Shown piece by piece: positions 13,854 to 27,200 of a stretch of DNA of 64,000 nt. Within the stretch, counting starts at the first letter, position 1; every line of letters begins with the position of its first letter. Both the position numbers and the translations under genes were made by a program. The DNA is from Auanema rhodensis. Its lineage: Eukaryota > Animalia > Nematoda. The stretch lies in the NCBI GenBank assembly GCA_964057225.1, contig OZ059898.1:15438001-15502000 (forward strand). Direction: 5' to 3'. Below the pieces are notes generated by a model. The model saw only the letters and a list, made by a program, of their open reading frames with translations. It did not search any database and had not been told where the DNA came from.

Positions 13854-16673
13854 TTAATATCCTGGAGCAGTACGTGGTGGTGGGCAGTGGTCGCAACCTC
13901 CGGATGGTCCTTGGTCTCCGTCTGGGCCATTCTCTCCTGGTCCTCCTGGTTGTCCTGGCTGTCCATCGGATCCATTGTCTCCGTTTGGTCCTTGTGGTCC
14001 ATCGGATCCTGGGTTTCCTGGGGCTCCTGGGAATCCGTCTGGTCCTGGTGGTCCTGGTGGTCCAGCTGGTCCTGGAGCTCCTTCTGGGCCTGGAACCTCG
14101 CGAACTTGTCCTGGGGCTCCTGGTTGTCCTGGTTGTCCTGGTTGTCCATCGGTTCCTGATGGTCCTTGTGGTCCTGGTGGTCCTGGTGGTCCACGGCTTC
14201 CACCATCGGCGTCCTTTCCTGGGGCTCCTGGGTTTCCGTTTGGTCCCTTTGGTCCTGGGTTTCCTGGTGGTCCTGGAAGGGCAGCTTCGCATTCGAAGCA
14301 GAAGTTGGGGTAAGATGGGTTTGGTGTTGGAGCAACTCCATCTGGTCCATCACGTCCTGGAACTCCTGGCTCTCCATCAGCTCCATCTTCTCCGTCCATT
14401 CCAGGTTGTCCTGGAGGTCCTTGGGCGCTGACTCCGCAACCGCAGCATCCTCCTCCGGTTTGGTAACTTCCTCCGTCAACTCCTTCGCTTCCTCCATAAC
14501 CAGCTTGACGACGGCTACGGATGGCTCCGCCAGTAACCTTGGCTAAGACCTGAAAAAACCTTATATTGAAAAAAAGCTTGACTAGTATTTCATTCTTAAA
14601 CAATTATTTCAGATGTCGAACAGTAAAAAAGTGTTTTAGACAGGTCTAGGTAACTAGTGTAATCGCGCTTAGTAGTATGGCAAAAACTCTAACAGAGCTG
14701 AAGATCCGGTTGCGAAGATATTTGTCAGAACTTTGAATTATGGGCAAGCGCAGATTTTTTCATAAATTGCCGCTCAGTTTCAAATATCGTTATGTCATTG
14801 TCACATTCGAAACAGAGGAAAATGTCAAAAGATATAAGATGACAGGATTAGGTAATGGTTACTGTGAATGATGTTTCATTCTTCTGGATCGTATACGAGT
14901 AGGATCATATTTTCGCCATTTTCTTTCTTCTAGGAAGAAACTCGTTCGAAACCTTTTGCATGTTCAATTAGCCGTTTTCCGATTGTGTGTTCTTAGGCAA
15001 CAGTTGAATCATCAGCAAAACCCGAGCCAAAATATACATCGGGCTGAACAAGCCTCAAATCTGACATTCAGTGGCAATCAGATTGGAATATCCGGTTTAA
15101 AATCATCACAAGTTTCACAATTAAACCATGTAACTAGTTAATTAAGTTGACGTTGAAGATCGGGGAATGAAGATTTTTGATTCATTAACAAAGCTGGCCG
15201 GTAAATATGACTATAGTATCTAAATAGTTCTGATACAAGAGCGGCTTAAGATTTTTAATTGGTAGAAGCATCGAAAATGTTCTGAATCAGAAAAATAAAG
15301 CTGGATGGAATTTCAGCTTATGCTCTTCCTAACTCATTTACCTTGCAGACTATTTCACACTATTGCCCAATATTGCATGCGCTTGTTTTGAGTTTCGCAT
15401 GAGTTAGCTAGCAGCATCAGGCTAGTTTTTCGTAAGCCAATTATTATATAACTTTCTTTCAAACATAAGTTTTCTCATTGAAAAATGCGTCGGAAGATGA
15501 CAAAGCAATGAATAGGCTAAACAACGGATTTTAAAGGGAATAACTCACGGCTTCTCGCTAGACATTTCTTTTAACATGTAAGCAATACTTGTTAAAGACT
15601 GTGTCGAGACAATTGAAGGATCTATTGGAAGCCTAAGTTTAATTGAGGTATGAACGAGGCTGCAGATCAAAAGAGGATCAAAAGATCTTTTAGCCATAAG
15701 TAGAAAAACAGAAAGCTATTAATGCATCGAAACAAGCACGGGCAAACTCTCACAAGCAACTTCTTATAGTAAATTGAATAGAACCCTAATATCTGGAGAC
15801 ATCAGAGGGTGGATGATTCGCTTATAAACTTAACAGCGCATATCTCTAGTCTTGCTCGAATTTGTATATTGAACAGTAAGTAACTGTCATGCTTCAGGTG
15901 TTTAAGAAGCTTCAGTCAATTCAGCCTTGCGTTCAATTTTGTTTTTGCAAGGATATGACTGCTCTAGGTTCATTATTGAGCTTGACATTGATATTGAATA
16001 GGAAGATTCGTATTTAATTATTACCTGAGTTCTAGTAACTTCTCTCCAGATGTTTCCAGAACGAGCCTTGCAGAAATCAACTTCACTGTAAAGATTATGG
16101 ATTATAAGATAATATAAAGAAAAGAAATTCTTACGTTTGCATAACGGATTGCATGTGTTGCATGTAGTTGTAGATCAAAGGAACAGAGATGACGCAGACA
16201 AGAGTGGCCATGGTGGAGATTGCAACTCCGAAGAAGGCAACTCTATAAATTAATTTTTTAAAAATTTATATCTTTATCTCATTCTTTTAATTCTAATAAT
16301 CTTTGCTTGAAATTCATTAATAATGAATAAACATCAAGATATCAATAAATATCAGTTTTAAGAAGATGTTGCTTTCGAATATTTAGAAACTTTCAATGAA
16401 ACACTGCTTAAGATGAAATGGAAAACCGATTATTTAAGTTTTCTCGAACGTTATGCGATTTTTCGCTATTTGAAGGTTAAACGAGCAAACGAGGAAGCTC
16501 CAGCGAATATGAATCAGGAACTATTATAGATAGTTTTGAAGGTAATCTAATCAAAATATTGTTTCCAAAAGAAATAGTAGTAGAATGATTTGAAGATTTT
16601 TTTGTTTTGAAATTGGTACTCACTTGCGAAGAGAGGTGGCCTCAGCCTCGAGTCTCTTAATGTCCTCTGTCAT
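13854..16673 (-). CDS. Nematode cuticle collagen, 4 exons
   Basis: N-terminal cuticle domain [27 protein letters not shown]...[24 protein letters not shown] cleavage site, CCGC and FCFEC cysteine blocks, Gly-X-Y repeats and a [13 protein letters not shown] end. Long introns at 16243-16623 and 14550-16024. Confidence 0.96.
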
Positions 16674-16841
16674 TGTTCAAGTTGGATTGCCTGAAAACTA
16701 AGACAGTAATTTTGAAATAAATACGGAAATAAGAAAATATCATAGAATAAACAAAAAAAATAAAATTCTATTAGTAAATGTAATAGAAGGCTATTTATTT
16801 GTTGCTTGAGGTTGTTGTAGATTTATGTAGACTTGGACTGT

Positions 16842-16878
16842 CTTATATAGTCATCGTCCTCAAGTCAGCCACGCCCCC
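16842..16878 (-). promoter_or_regulatory. Collagen core promoter: TATA box plus GC/KLF box
   Basis: Minus-strand CTATATAAG (about 16842-16850) preceded by GGGGGCGTGGCTG (16866-16878). A ttttcag trans-splice-like acceptor lies about 18 nt upstream of the ATG. Confidence 0.55.
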
Positions 16879-19310
16879 AGAAGAAGAACGACATGAAAAT
16901 CAGCGAGAGGAAATATAATAGAAAATCAAGAGATTCGAAACTAAAGAATATCGAGTACCTATATTCATATACGGTATCAGTTTCCTTGTCACCCAGCTTA
17001 TCAGTTTTGGCATCAAGTTCCAAAGATTCCTCCATTGACGCTTCATTTGGGTTCTGATGAAGTTTGCCGTTCTCTTTCCATTTTTCTCATTATTGTGTTC
17101 TCTAGATATCAGTGTCAACCACCTGCATGTTCAAAAGCAGTGTTGCTATCACGACATAGACGAGGAAGACATAGTGATCAAACTTCTCTTAATACACCAA
17201 GAAGTTAAACTTTTACGAAACTGATATCAACATTTCCCAAGAAATCGACCTTACTAAAATATCAGAGAGATCAGATTTCTATCAGATTTAACACTTTTTC
17301 TAGATTATTACAGTCATTTTTTTCTTGTTACCTTTACCAGACAAAAAACTTTTTATTCAATATATATTGCTTTGAACTTAAGCCTTGATCAGAAAACATA
17401 ATTGTCTGAAGTCAGACAATCGAATACAACATCGAAACGTATTCTCAAACCTTATGTTCAACCTTAAAAGGAAAATCACAGCTATTAGCTTCGTAATGTG
17501 TTGCAGCGGTCATCGTTATGATCACAAAGCACTTTTAATTGAAAACGTGAACAAGCACATTATGCTAATTTAAAACTTTTGGCTTGTCGACGATCCACGG
17601 AAGCCATGTGGAATGAAATGACGACGACAAGGGAAGAACTAGTTCTTTGCCTCATTCTTCACATTGGCTGCTACTGGACTCCTTAGCATTACCATCCTAC
17701 GCTCCAGAAGTCTGGAATGCATACAGTTTCCAAGGGGTGTGAGATACAACAAAATGTCTGAAAGCTAGTGAGGCGAGCAAAATTCCCATTTTCACAAGTT
17801 GATGATGGATATAGGAGGGATGTGTGAAAAAGTAGGCATTTCACTCGGGGTTTCCTCTCGTCTGATATAACAGCATATTCGCACACTAGTAGTTTTTTTC
17901 CAAATCCATCTTGCCTACCTCTTCTTTTACGTGCACACTTCACCCACATTGAATTGATTATAAAGGGTCATAACTATTGGGAATTGAACTTCGGAACTTC
18001 TTTAAATGTATGTAAGACTTCAAAGGACATAGGCGAATGTCATATTTGAACTTTTCCAGTCAAAGTTACTCTAATTATTCCAGTTGTTCCATTTTCTCCT
18101 TCGTATTTAACTTCAGAAAGAAAAGTTTTTTTAAATTTTCATAAAACATATCTTCTAACTTAAATACCCTCTTAGCTTACTGTTGTACCTATTCTATGTA
18201 ATTGGTAATAGCGTGAGAATAGGCATTAGAAACTTGGCTACGTGCTTGAATACAACAAAAACAGCGTCGGAGAAAAAGTTGAAGTTTAGCATCTGTGATA
18301 ATGAATTCAGGAAGTTTTTGCCCTACTCGAACTATTGCCTGTGGTGGTTCGCATTCAAAGCTGACTGGTTGAAGGTAGTCAAGTAACCTGTACTAGGTGA
18401 AGCACTGATTATAGCCGACTTTCTCAGACATTTCTTTCGAAGCCAGTTTCAATTGTCTTCCGGCTGTAATTTACAACGTAAAAGTATACTTGAAGCTTTG
18501 CAGAATGTATACAAGCACTTCGCATTTATCAAAGCGAAAGGATAGCCTGCGCAACTCCTCGTTATCTCAAACATTTAATAACAAGGCAGATTTCCTATCT
18601 ATAATCGCATCACTTCCTTCAATATCAGTTCCAAAAGGGCTAGCTCGCTAACCGGTATTCGTTCACTATTTGAAATTCTGCGCAAAGGCGTCATCGAAGG
18701 TCAGCTGGATATTATTTGGTTAACAAACAGGGAGCTTCAAAAGAGCGATAACGGCCTTTAGTGGCACAAGACCTTCAGATCAAAATGATTTGAGGTAAAT
18801 GACTCTTCTCCCGAAACAATTTCCTTGATGACATTGTTGAGTTATTTAATTGTCTTCAAAATAATCGGTTATGTCTTATGCGAATATTAGCAACTTACAA
18901 CATTTTGATGATATCATTTGAGTTTTTGAGTAAAAAGTAATTTTATCGGATAAATCATCGGTTTTGTCATTGTATTCAAAAACAGGTTCAACTCCAAGCT
19001 TTTCTTTTTTATGACAGGGAAAATCTGTAAAAGCTTTACAAAAAGCTAAACAGCATTTTTTTAATGAAGTTTACATTATTACTGTATAAATTATTTCAAA
19101 GAATATGTGGGTGGTACCGGTCTTCTCTGTAAAAAATGAAGGTCACATAAACAGTTCTGTCAGCAATGTTACAATCGCTTACATATCTAGATTATCAGTA
19201 TAGTTAAGAAAACAGAACAGCAAGGACGATGGTGACTTAAAACTTCTAAGAGTTGAGCCCCCACCAAAACTTCCTGTTTGATTTAATGTCAAAAATCTGA
19301 TGTTCATAGA

Positions 19311-20814
19311 CTATAAATATGGACGCAGAATGTGATGATCTAAGCAGCAGTCCTTCAGCTTCCCTTTTCTGAACAAGGCTACTAGCATGCTGGCTGCCCT
19401 TTCAAGATCCCAACGCTCCACATATCCTTCTGATCCGACAAATCGTTTAACACGAAGGTCCTAGAAATATTCACAAGATATTGGTGTTTCGTTAAGAATT
19501 ATACATTTCGGGAACATATTCGTAAAAGTAAACGATTTAAATCATCCGTAGGCTCGCCTCCTGCATTTAACAAATCTAAGTAGGAAAAGTCGCCACGCCT
19601 AAAAATACTTGTTGAATAATCGATTCTAAAATTATCAAAACTAACTGATTCATCCAATATAACAAATAATCAGCAACATGATGAGGACTAGTTTGGCTCT
19701 CGAGAATTAAATCACATAATGCCAGCTTCATAGCCTTGAATCGTAATGTCAAATAGGTAATCATGATAGATTTGTTACCTCGTCAACATTTCGATGTGAT
19801 GGGCATAGGACGCCGGGTGTGTCCAAAATGTATATTGGAGGTTTATCTAATATCCTCACACGATTCTGTACACGAATAGTAACACCGGGACGAGCACCTG
19901 CAAAAAATATTGTTGGAAGTAATCTAAGTTGTATTTTTGAAAAAAAAGTAAATTGATATACAACCGGGCTACACCATGCCAAATGCAAAATGAGAAGGAA
20001 AAGTATTACCTTCTACGACAGCATTATGTTTTACTCCAAGGTTTGTCGATCTTAAAGAATTGATTAAAGAAGATTTTCCAACATTCGGAATACCCACAAC
20101 CATAATCTAAATATATAAGTAAAGAATAAAAAGCACAATAGACAACCTGATATTCAGTTTTAGCCTCCCGATTAAACCTCTGCGAATCATTTAACATTTC
20201 AAGCATAGTCCCTCGTAAGTCTGAAAATAAAATTTAAGCTCAACTTAATATAAGAACAAACCATGCAACGTTTTACTCAATCGACGCTTGCAATCAGTCC
20301 AGATAATATGTTTAATTCCACGTTCAGCATAATATTCTTCTATGGGACGCCCAAAAATAAAGTTTAAAAAAGATTTACTGAGTTTTCTTACTTGTATTTT
20401 TTCAAATCTATTAAATCTCTTTTATTTAAAACTAATATATGTGGGCGTACGCCGTATAACTGTTTATAAAATTGTGGATTTCTTCCACTAATAGGAACTC
20501 GGGCATCATGAACCTATTGAAATATCGGATTAATCATTTCGAACTTGCAGAATTTCAACTTCAATGATCAGATCAACAGTTCTTAATTTTCCTTCCATCT
20601 TTTTCAGTTGGACTGACATGTGCATTGGGAACCATACTCGGAAATCAAATGAAGGTGGTAGTTGGAAACTTTCACGAAAACTATCTAGAAGGAATTTTTG
20701 AATAAATTATGGTGCACTATTAAAACAACTTGTATTATCTGCAACAGAAGAAAAAAATCTTCGTCCGCAGCTATTCCCTGTTAACAACACTGACTTCAGT
20801 AATCGGACAGTCAT
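19311..20814 (-). CDS. MTG1: Mitochondrial ribosome-associated GTPase 1 (RbgA/YlqF family), multi-exon
   Basis: Targeting-like N-terminus MTVRLLKSVLLTGNSCGRRFFSS, then WFPMHM, EVHDARVPISGRNP, LNKRDL (G4), GIPNVGKSSLIN (G1), PGVT (G2) and DTPG (G3), in circularly permuted order. Confidence 0.93.
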
Positions 20815-20928
20815 GGCCTATAAAATTTTATTTTTTCAAACACACAAAATAAATACAACAATAACAAGAACATTTCGAAGTAACAATAAATTTAAAAATT
20901 TATAAGGAATTATGAAAAAAAAATATAT

Positions 20929-21968
20929 TTAGAAATCAATGTTGCAAGCCGTTTTCGCTGGTGGTTCAGTACCAAGAGCAGGGGGTAAATGCAAAACTTT
21001 GATATCAAAGCTCTTTCTATGGAGTTCGAAAGCAAGATCAACTGCAGGAGGCTTTGGGAATGCTGGAGAAACTATTGTCGGTAAACGTATCTATAATCAT
21101 TTCATATAATAATTTTTGTCAAACAGAAACTTACTAAGTGAAAGTAGCCATGGAACTTATCCATTCCTGGAATTGATTTGCGCTCCTCATCAGTAATAGC
21201 CAACAATCGGAAGTACACGTCTGAAGTAACTTCGAGTTCTCGAACTTGATCTTCTATCATGGCTGAAGAACATGCAGTAGCAAGAACAACACAGTAGTAA
21301 TTTCGTGAGAGAACTTGTAATTTAGCCAAGAACTTGGAGTAGTTTTCAGAATCTGACCAGTATGGAGATCCCAAGCCAAGCAGAACAATTCGTAACAAAT
21401 TTTTTGCAGGTCCTCTACTTTTCTGATATTTCTCCTGTTGCAGAATTTCCTTCATTTTGGTAAGGAATAAATCGTAAGAGAGATCCTCGTTTTTGTCAGA
21501 TGGGAATGAGGTGATAACAGAACGGAAATCAGCTTTCGATCCCAAGATTTTTTGAAGATCATATGTACTTTTACTTCCTAAAGAAGATTTCACTTGACCA
21601 ACAGCTTCATATCTCCAAGCGATCTTCATGGAATCGTTCAGTCTAGGTGGTTCAGCTTGAGACGATGGTCCTGAGGTACTTGTTGATGTTTCGCACTTTG
21701 AAGGCAAAGTATTTAATAATTCAGAAGTCTGACTTGTTGGTCCAGCCACTAAGATATCATGATCATTATACAGTCCTTCAGAAATAAAATATTTGGCTAA
21801 TGTTAGTCCATAAACTCTGGATTTAACTTCATCTACTACATAAATACTGGTATTGGGAAGTCCACCTCCAAGGATTGAATCGACCGAAGAGTTGCCAGTA
21901 GATGTCTCTAAGTGCCTAGTTTTAGCTGAACATCCCTTGATCTGTACGGAATCCCCTACATTCATCAT
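20929..21968 (-). CDS. elpc-4: Elongator complex subunit 4, 2 exons
   Basis: TSTGNSSVDSILGGGLP, KYFISEG, MKIAWRYE, NLLRIVLLGLGSPYW, DLAFELHRKSFDIKVLHLPP and a C-terminal IDF*. Confidence 0.93.
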
Positions 21969-24213
21969 TCTATAAAAATTACAACGTCTAACTGTCTCAA
22001 CAAGCTTAAAAAGGAAAATAAATTTATTTTAATGTAATATTTGAATGTATGCTGTTTACCAACCCGTTAAAAAACGTGCGGATTTTTCTACAGTATACCA
22101 TATAAGCAGAGCATCAATAATCGAATTATTTGTAATGAAAGTCTTAATATGAGGAATAAATATGTATATCAAATGTTTTAGGAACTTAATTTTAAGAATT
22201 CATAAATTTTTGTTTAAGAATATGGTCGAGGTAACAGCTGTAAAGCAGTAACAACAGCAATTAAGTAAAAATCGTTAAATGACAATTTGAGCATAAAATC
22301 ATTATTTAAATTGTGTTTTATCAATCATTTACCAAAATTATACATAGAATGATAATTCAACGAATTAATATGAGTACAGTAAAACAGGAAAAATTAGTAA
22401 AGAAACAATTATTCAAAACTGAACGTTATTCTTTTTGGCTTTTGCAATCAATAATTTCTTATATGGATAAATACATTTGGTAGTCTCATTAGGCATGAAA
22501 CATTACATTAGGCTACACCTTTTCATTGTGTTTATTCGTAAAATTTATAAAGTAAAAACTAACTGGGATTGTCTCTTAAGGAACACAACAGTTTTTATTG
22601 TAACCTTATACCAGTATTGGTTTTTTTAACACTAATATAGAAGTGTAAACTCATTTTTTTCTTTGCTGAATGAATTTTTGATACTTTTCACATGAAATGA
22701 AATGAAATATAATCAAAAAATAGTAAAATAATCAGCTAATAATTATATTTTTAATTCTTATATAGCATTTGTATTTACGCGCTAACGGCATCATTGCACC
22801 CCATGAATTTCAGTGTTGTCCTGAGTTAGGGTTTCATTTTCGTGTCACCATTTTAATTATCGTTCTACCACAATTTTCTCCTAATTTTTATTTTTTTTCA
22901 TGAGATACGCTAAGATTGTATAACTTTTTTTGAACCAACGATAATCTTTAATTGATATAAATATTCCAGGCGTGTTTTACGTTCCCGTGTTACACCGATA
23001 ACATAAAATAGTGAAGAAGTAATCTGTATTTTTCATTTTTAAATAGCAAGTAGTTCAGAATTTTGATTTCCCTTATTTTGCTATAATATTTTCAAATGTT
23101 TTGTGGAATCATTACTTCATGTAAAAGGGGGAGGCATGCTGTACGTTTGTCGGAGCGGAGCGTGCAGGAGTCCAAGTATCCTGTTCAGTTTTATACTATT
23201 ATGTCAATGCTTGGATTCATATTTTATTTTCTTTTTTCGCTCATTAGAAGAAATTCAAAATACGAAAGCGCCATTTTGGGGGAAAAGAAAACCTTTTCAT
23301 TACACTTCGCACAGTTCATATATCAATTGTTGCAATTCCCAAGATCAATGACAATTTTTACTAACCACGTTGTTTAAGAAAAATTTCCATTTCTTATCTC
23401 TTTAATTATTTTTTTTGAGATAGAAATAAGAACGGAAAAATAAAAAAATATAGGATAATTTCCTAATTCGACTTTTCAATTGTGGAAAAATACCATGCTG
23501 TACTGCTTATACACCTCTCAACAAATATTTCTCATAGTGAAGAGTTTCATGTGATCCATGATAGTTTGTATCATTAACATTTTTAGCTTTGCTAAATTAG
23601 TTTCAAATAATATTTATCTATTACTGTTTAATAGATATCAGCATTTGCTTAGCTTTAGTGGTAGGTTCCTGGTCCTTAGGCGAGCTCTGCTACACGGCGG
23701 TCCCCCCCCCCCTTCCGCCCACGATGCTATTCTGCGTTTCCAATCGAACTACAGTTTACCTTATTTATAATCAATATATAAAATTAAGATAACATTTCAA
23801 CTTACAAAAATGATTATTTTTGAAAAGAATGAGAGTTGTTAATTAACACAAACACGCATTAAATAATCTGATGTGTTTTGTTTGCTTTTTTTGTAAAGAT
23901 GAAAATTGAACAATCTGGGAATTAGGAAGAACTATCCATATGAAATAATTTCATGATAATTTATAATTACTGGACTTTTGCTCGAAATCCATATGCAAAA
24001 GGTTAACATAGCACAAAGTCATTTGGCCACTCATTATTTCGCTACACTTGCGCATCGAGATCGGTCGCTTGCATGCGGTCCTAATACTTGCTTTTTCCTC
24101 TCTTTATTTCTTTTGTTTTTTGTATTATAAATTTTATTAAAATATATATTTTAGTTTTTTATAAGCAAAGAAGGTATATTGATGTGGTAAATGCAAATTG
24201 GTAGAAGTTGAAT

Positions 24214-27200
24214 ATGTCTCTTCGTTATGTGGAAGATGTGGCGCTTCTATCCCAAAACAAACCCACTGGTTTAGAAGGTAGCATTTTATATTAATTTCAG
24301 AGCTAAAAAATAATTTTTCTTATTAGGAGTGGAAAGTTTGTTAAGATTTTCCAAAGATGCAACTCCTGAAGTAATAAATATACTGAAGAATGAATGTGAC
24401 ATAATATTGGAATGCCGGTCAAAATATATTTGTTTCTTTTTTATTATTTATTTATTTTTTTCAGATATTGCAGGAACCTTTTTAGGAGTGTTCCAAACTT
24501 CTTAACTCATAAAAGAACGTATTGTCGTGGATTACATCATGTTGCTGTAGCTCATGTTCAGAGTCTCCGGAAGGCTTTGGAGGAGGAAGCCGAAAAACGT
24601 ATTGATTATGTTCCGCAATACTTTATTTATATTTTCTATTTCAGTAGAGAAGGATCAAGCTAAAAAGAATGAAAAAAGTAATGGCAATCTCAAAAGAACC
24701 AATATTATTGGTGCCCTTAACAAGAGATCATCCGATATTGAGATCGATTCAGCTGAAGTATAATTTAAAAAATCTTTTTGTTTTTCATTTTATTTATTTA
24801 CAGGGTCGTCTTGTACTTCACACTCTTCCCAGAATCAGTAAAGAAGTTCCTGTGACTGTTTTTGAAAATGGAATTCAAAAAGTATTGATTGTTTCTATTA
24901 TATTGATTATTTATAATGTGCTTAAGGTACTTGGTTTACCCGTGAATCTGCCACAAAAAGAGAGTATTCCCGAGGATAAAGTAGTAGTGGTAATGCCACA
25001 AGATCATTCTAGCAAGTGGGTTTTCAATATCCGAGTAATTGGATCGATATTATATGTATAGGTATCGTGAAATGCAACTGCGTAACCGACGAGATGCACA
25101 GGGTAGGCAAGAGGCAGCCAGGGAATATAATGCTGTTGAGGTTGAATAATTAGCTATGTTAGAAATAAAATAATTATTTTATTCAAGATTGCTATACTGG
25201 AAAAATGTCAAGTGTATTACCCACAATGGCCTGACGCGGTATCGCTACGCTGCTCTCATCCTGATTGTTCCAACACTCGTAGTTTTAGCTCGATTCAGGT
25301 TTTAAAACAATGTAGGAACTTCACAAATACTTAATTTACAGACCCTCGTCTATCATATCGCCCTCAAGCATGGTTCAAGATGTACATCGGATGACCGCTT
25401 CCCTTGTTTACTTTGCAAATTTACCTTAAAAACGTACGCACTACGAACTCACTGCGCAAGCATGGTTATGACTGAAAACTAAATTCTATTCATTTTAGGT
25501 GGAATGGTTATATGACACATTTGCTCAAAATTCATAAGTCTGTTAGAGATGAGCATGAACAATTTCGTAATAAGGAGGCTAACGAAGTTGATAAAAAGAA
25601 AGTGAAAAAGGTAACACAAGGAAGATAATAATTTACAAAGATTCCTCGATCTTTACAGAGTTCTTTGAGGAATAGAAGTATGAGTCCTCCCCCGAATCCT
25701 GAAGAGGAAAAGATCGAACCGAAAGATGAAGAAAATGAAGACGTAAGCGTAAGATTTATGAATTGTATATATGTTTAGAATTTCAGTCCTCTCCGCCGAT
25801 CATTCACCCAGTTAATGTTTCTGCTATAGAGGAAAGTAATAATTCTAATGATACCGACGATGAGCCTCCACAGTTGACTAGAATGGCTAGAGTATGTTAG
25901 AAGGATTTTTTCAGTCAACATTATGTTTTCAGACTCGTCGTGAAATTAAAGTACCTAGAAAATTCCGATCAAATAGTCCAGTTGTTACTCCTAGAGTTGC
26001 TACTCCTTCTAAGGTAACATAGTTTATATAGTTATATATATAGTTGTGAGTATTTCAGAGTCCTGCCTCGAGACCTCCCTCGGAACTTTCTTGTGCTCGC
26101 AGCGCAAGTCCTTGTAGCTCAGATGGTAATAATATTTCTGAACTCGAACCTGAGGAAAGAAATTCACCTCCTAAACCTCCAACTCCTTTAGCGATAGAAT
26201 GTGTGAAAGAATCACAAGTCGCTATCGGTACACCGGTCAAGGAGTTTAAAATATCTATCCCTAACACTGAGCAGAACATTGTTGAAGCAAGTTTGGATGA
26301 TGATGAAGCCGAAATCCAAACCGTAGCGGTGCAGTGTCATCAAGTTAAAGTTGAAGAAGAGGATTCATATGAACAAATATTAGATAATTCTACTGATAAT
26401 CTACAACAAAATCCCGTTGAAGAGAAGCTTATTGAAGAACCGGAAATCAAGTATGAAACATGTGAGCAAGAGCCTTTGAAAACGGATGAAAGATTGGATG
26501 ACACTATGCCATCTGAAATAGTTATTTCGGAGTCAGTTCCATCTCCTGCTGAGCAGGTAATAATTTAATATCTTACTATTTCAAACTTATATCCATTAGA
26601 ATTTTGTCTATCAACAGTTCCAGAGCGTTTCTAAAACCAATTTCAAAAACTAAAAACTTGAAAAATTCTTCGGCTCGCTTCGAGTGCTTTATAATGTTTC
26701 TTTCATTTTCAGAGTTCTGAAAAATGGCCTACATTGGTTCAAGTTGAGCAGGAATTAGAAGAATCTTTGTCTTGTAGCGAGACTCCTATTGCTTGTTCTA
26801 TGTCCGATTCATTGGATAATACCGATATTGCTGATTCAAATGAAATGTCGATCACTCCAGAACCAATTACAATCACAATAGAAAAGGTTTAATACCCATT
26901 TTTTGAATTTTAGTACCATTCCCTTTTAGTTGAAGCGTCCAGCCTCTCAAAATAGTATAAAAACAATTTTATCGGATATATCTACACATGTATAATTTTA
27001 AGAACAGAACTTTTCAAGACCACTTATGTTTCAGGAAAAACAAGAGGGAGATTCTGATTCTGACAGTCTCTTTCACTCCAATGAAAAAAAGAGACGTGGA
27101 AGGAAACCTAAAACAATAGAAAAAGCCAAAAATGTTTCGGACGTATGTTCTGATATATCAATCGCAAACATATCGAATTTTCTAGGAAGATCTAGAGAGC

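Noticed and set aside
13703-14546. Several long overlapping ORFs in other frames and on the opposite strand of the collagen exon
   Set aside because: By-products of GGA-CCA-rich Gly-X-Y codons that lack stop codons; only the Gly-X-Y frame joins the upstream collagen exons.
17603-17668. Possible 66-nt miRNA-like hairpin containing TGGAATG
   Set aside because: It needs many bulges and an asymmetric loop, and the miR-1-like word is on the wrong arm with no further match.
19955-19982. tRNA A-box-like TGGTGTAGCCCGG followed by a T-run in an MTG1 intron (minus strand)
   Set aside because: No B box or cloverleaf.
26886-26906. GGTTTAATACCCATTTTTTGA resembles the SL1 leader
   Set aside because: It is an exon-intron donor of the zinc-finger gene, has several mismatches, and lacks an SL RNA body or Sm site.
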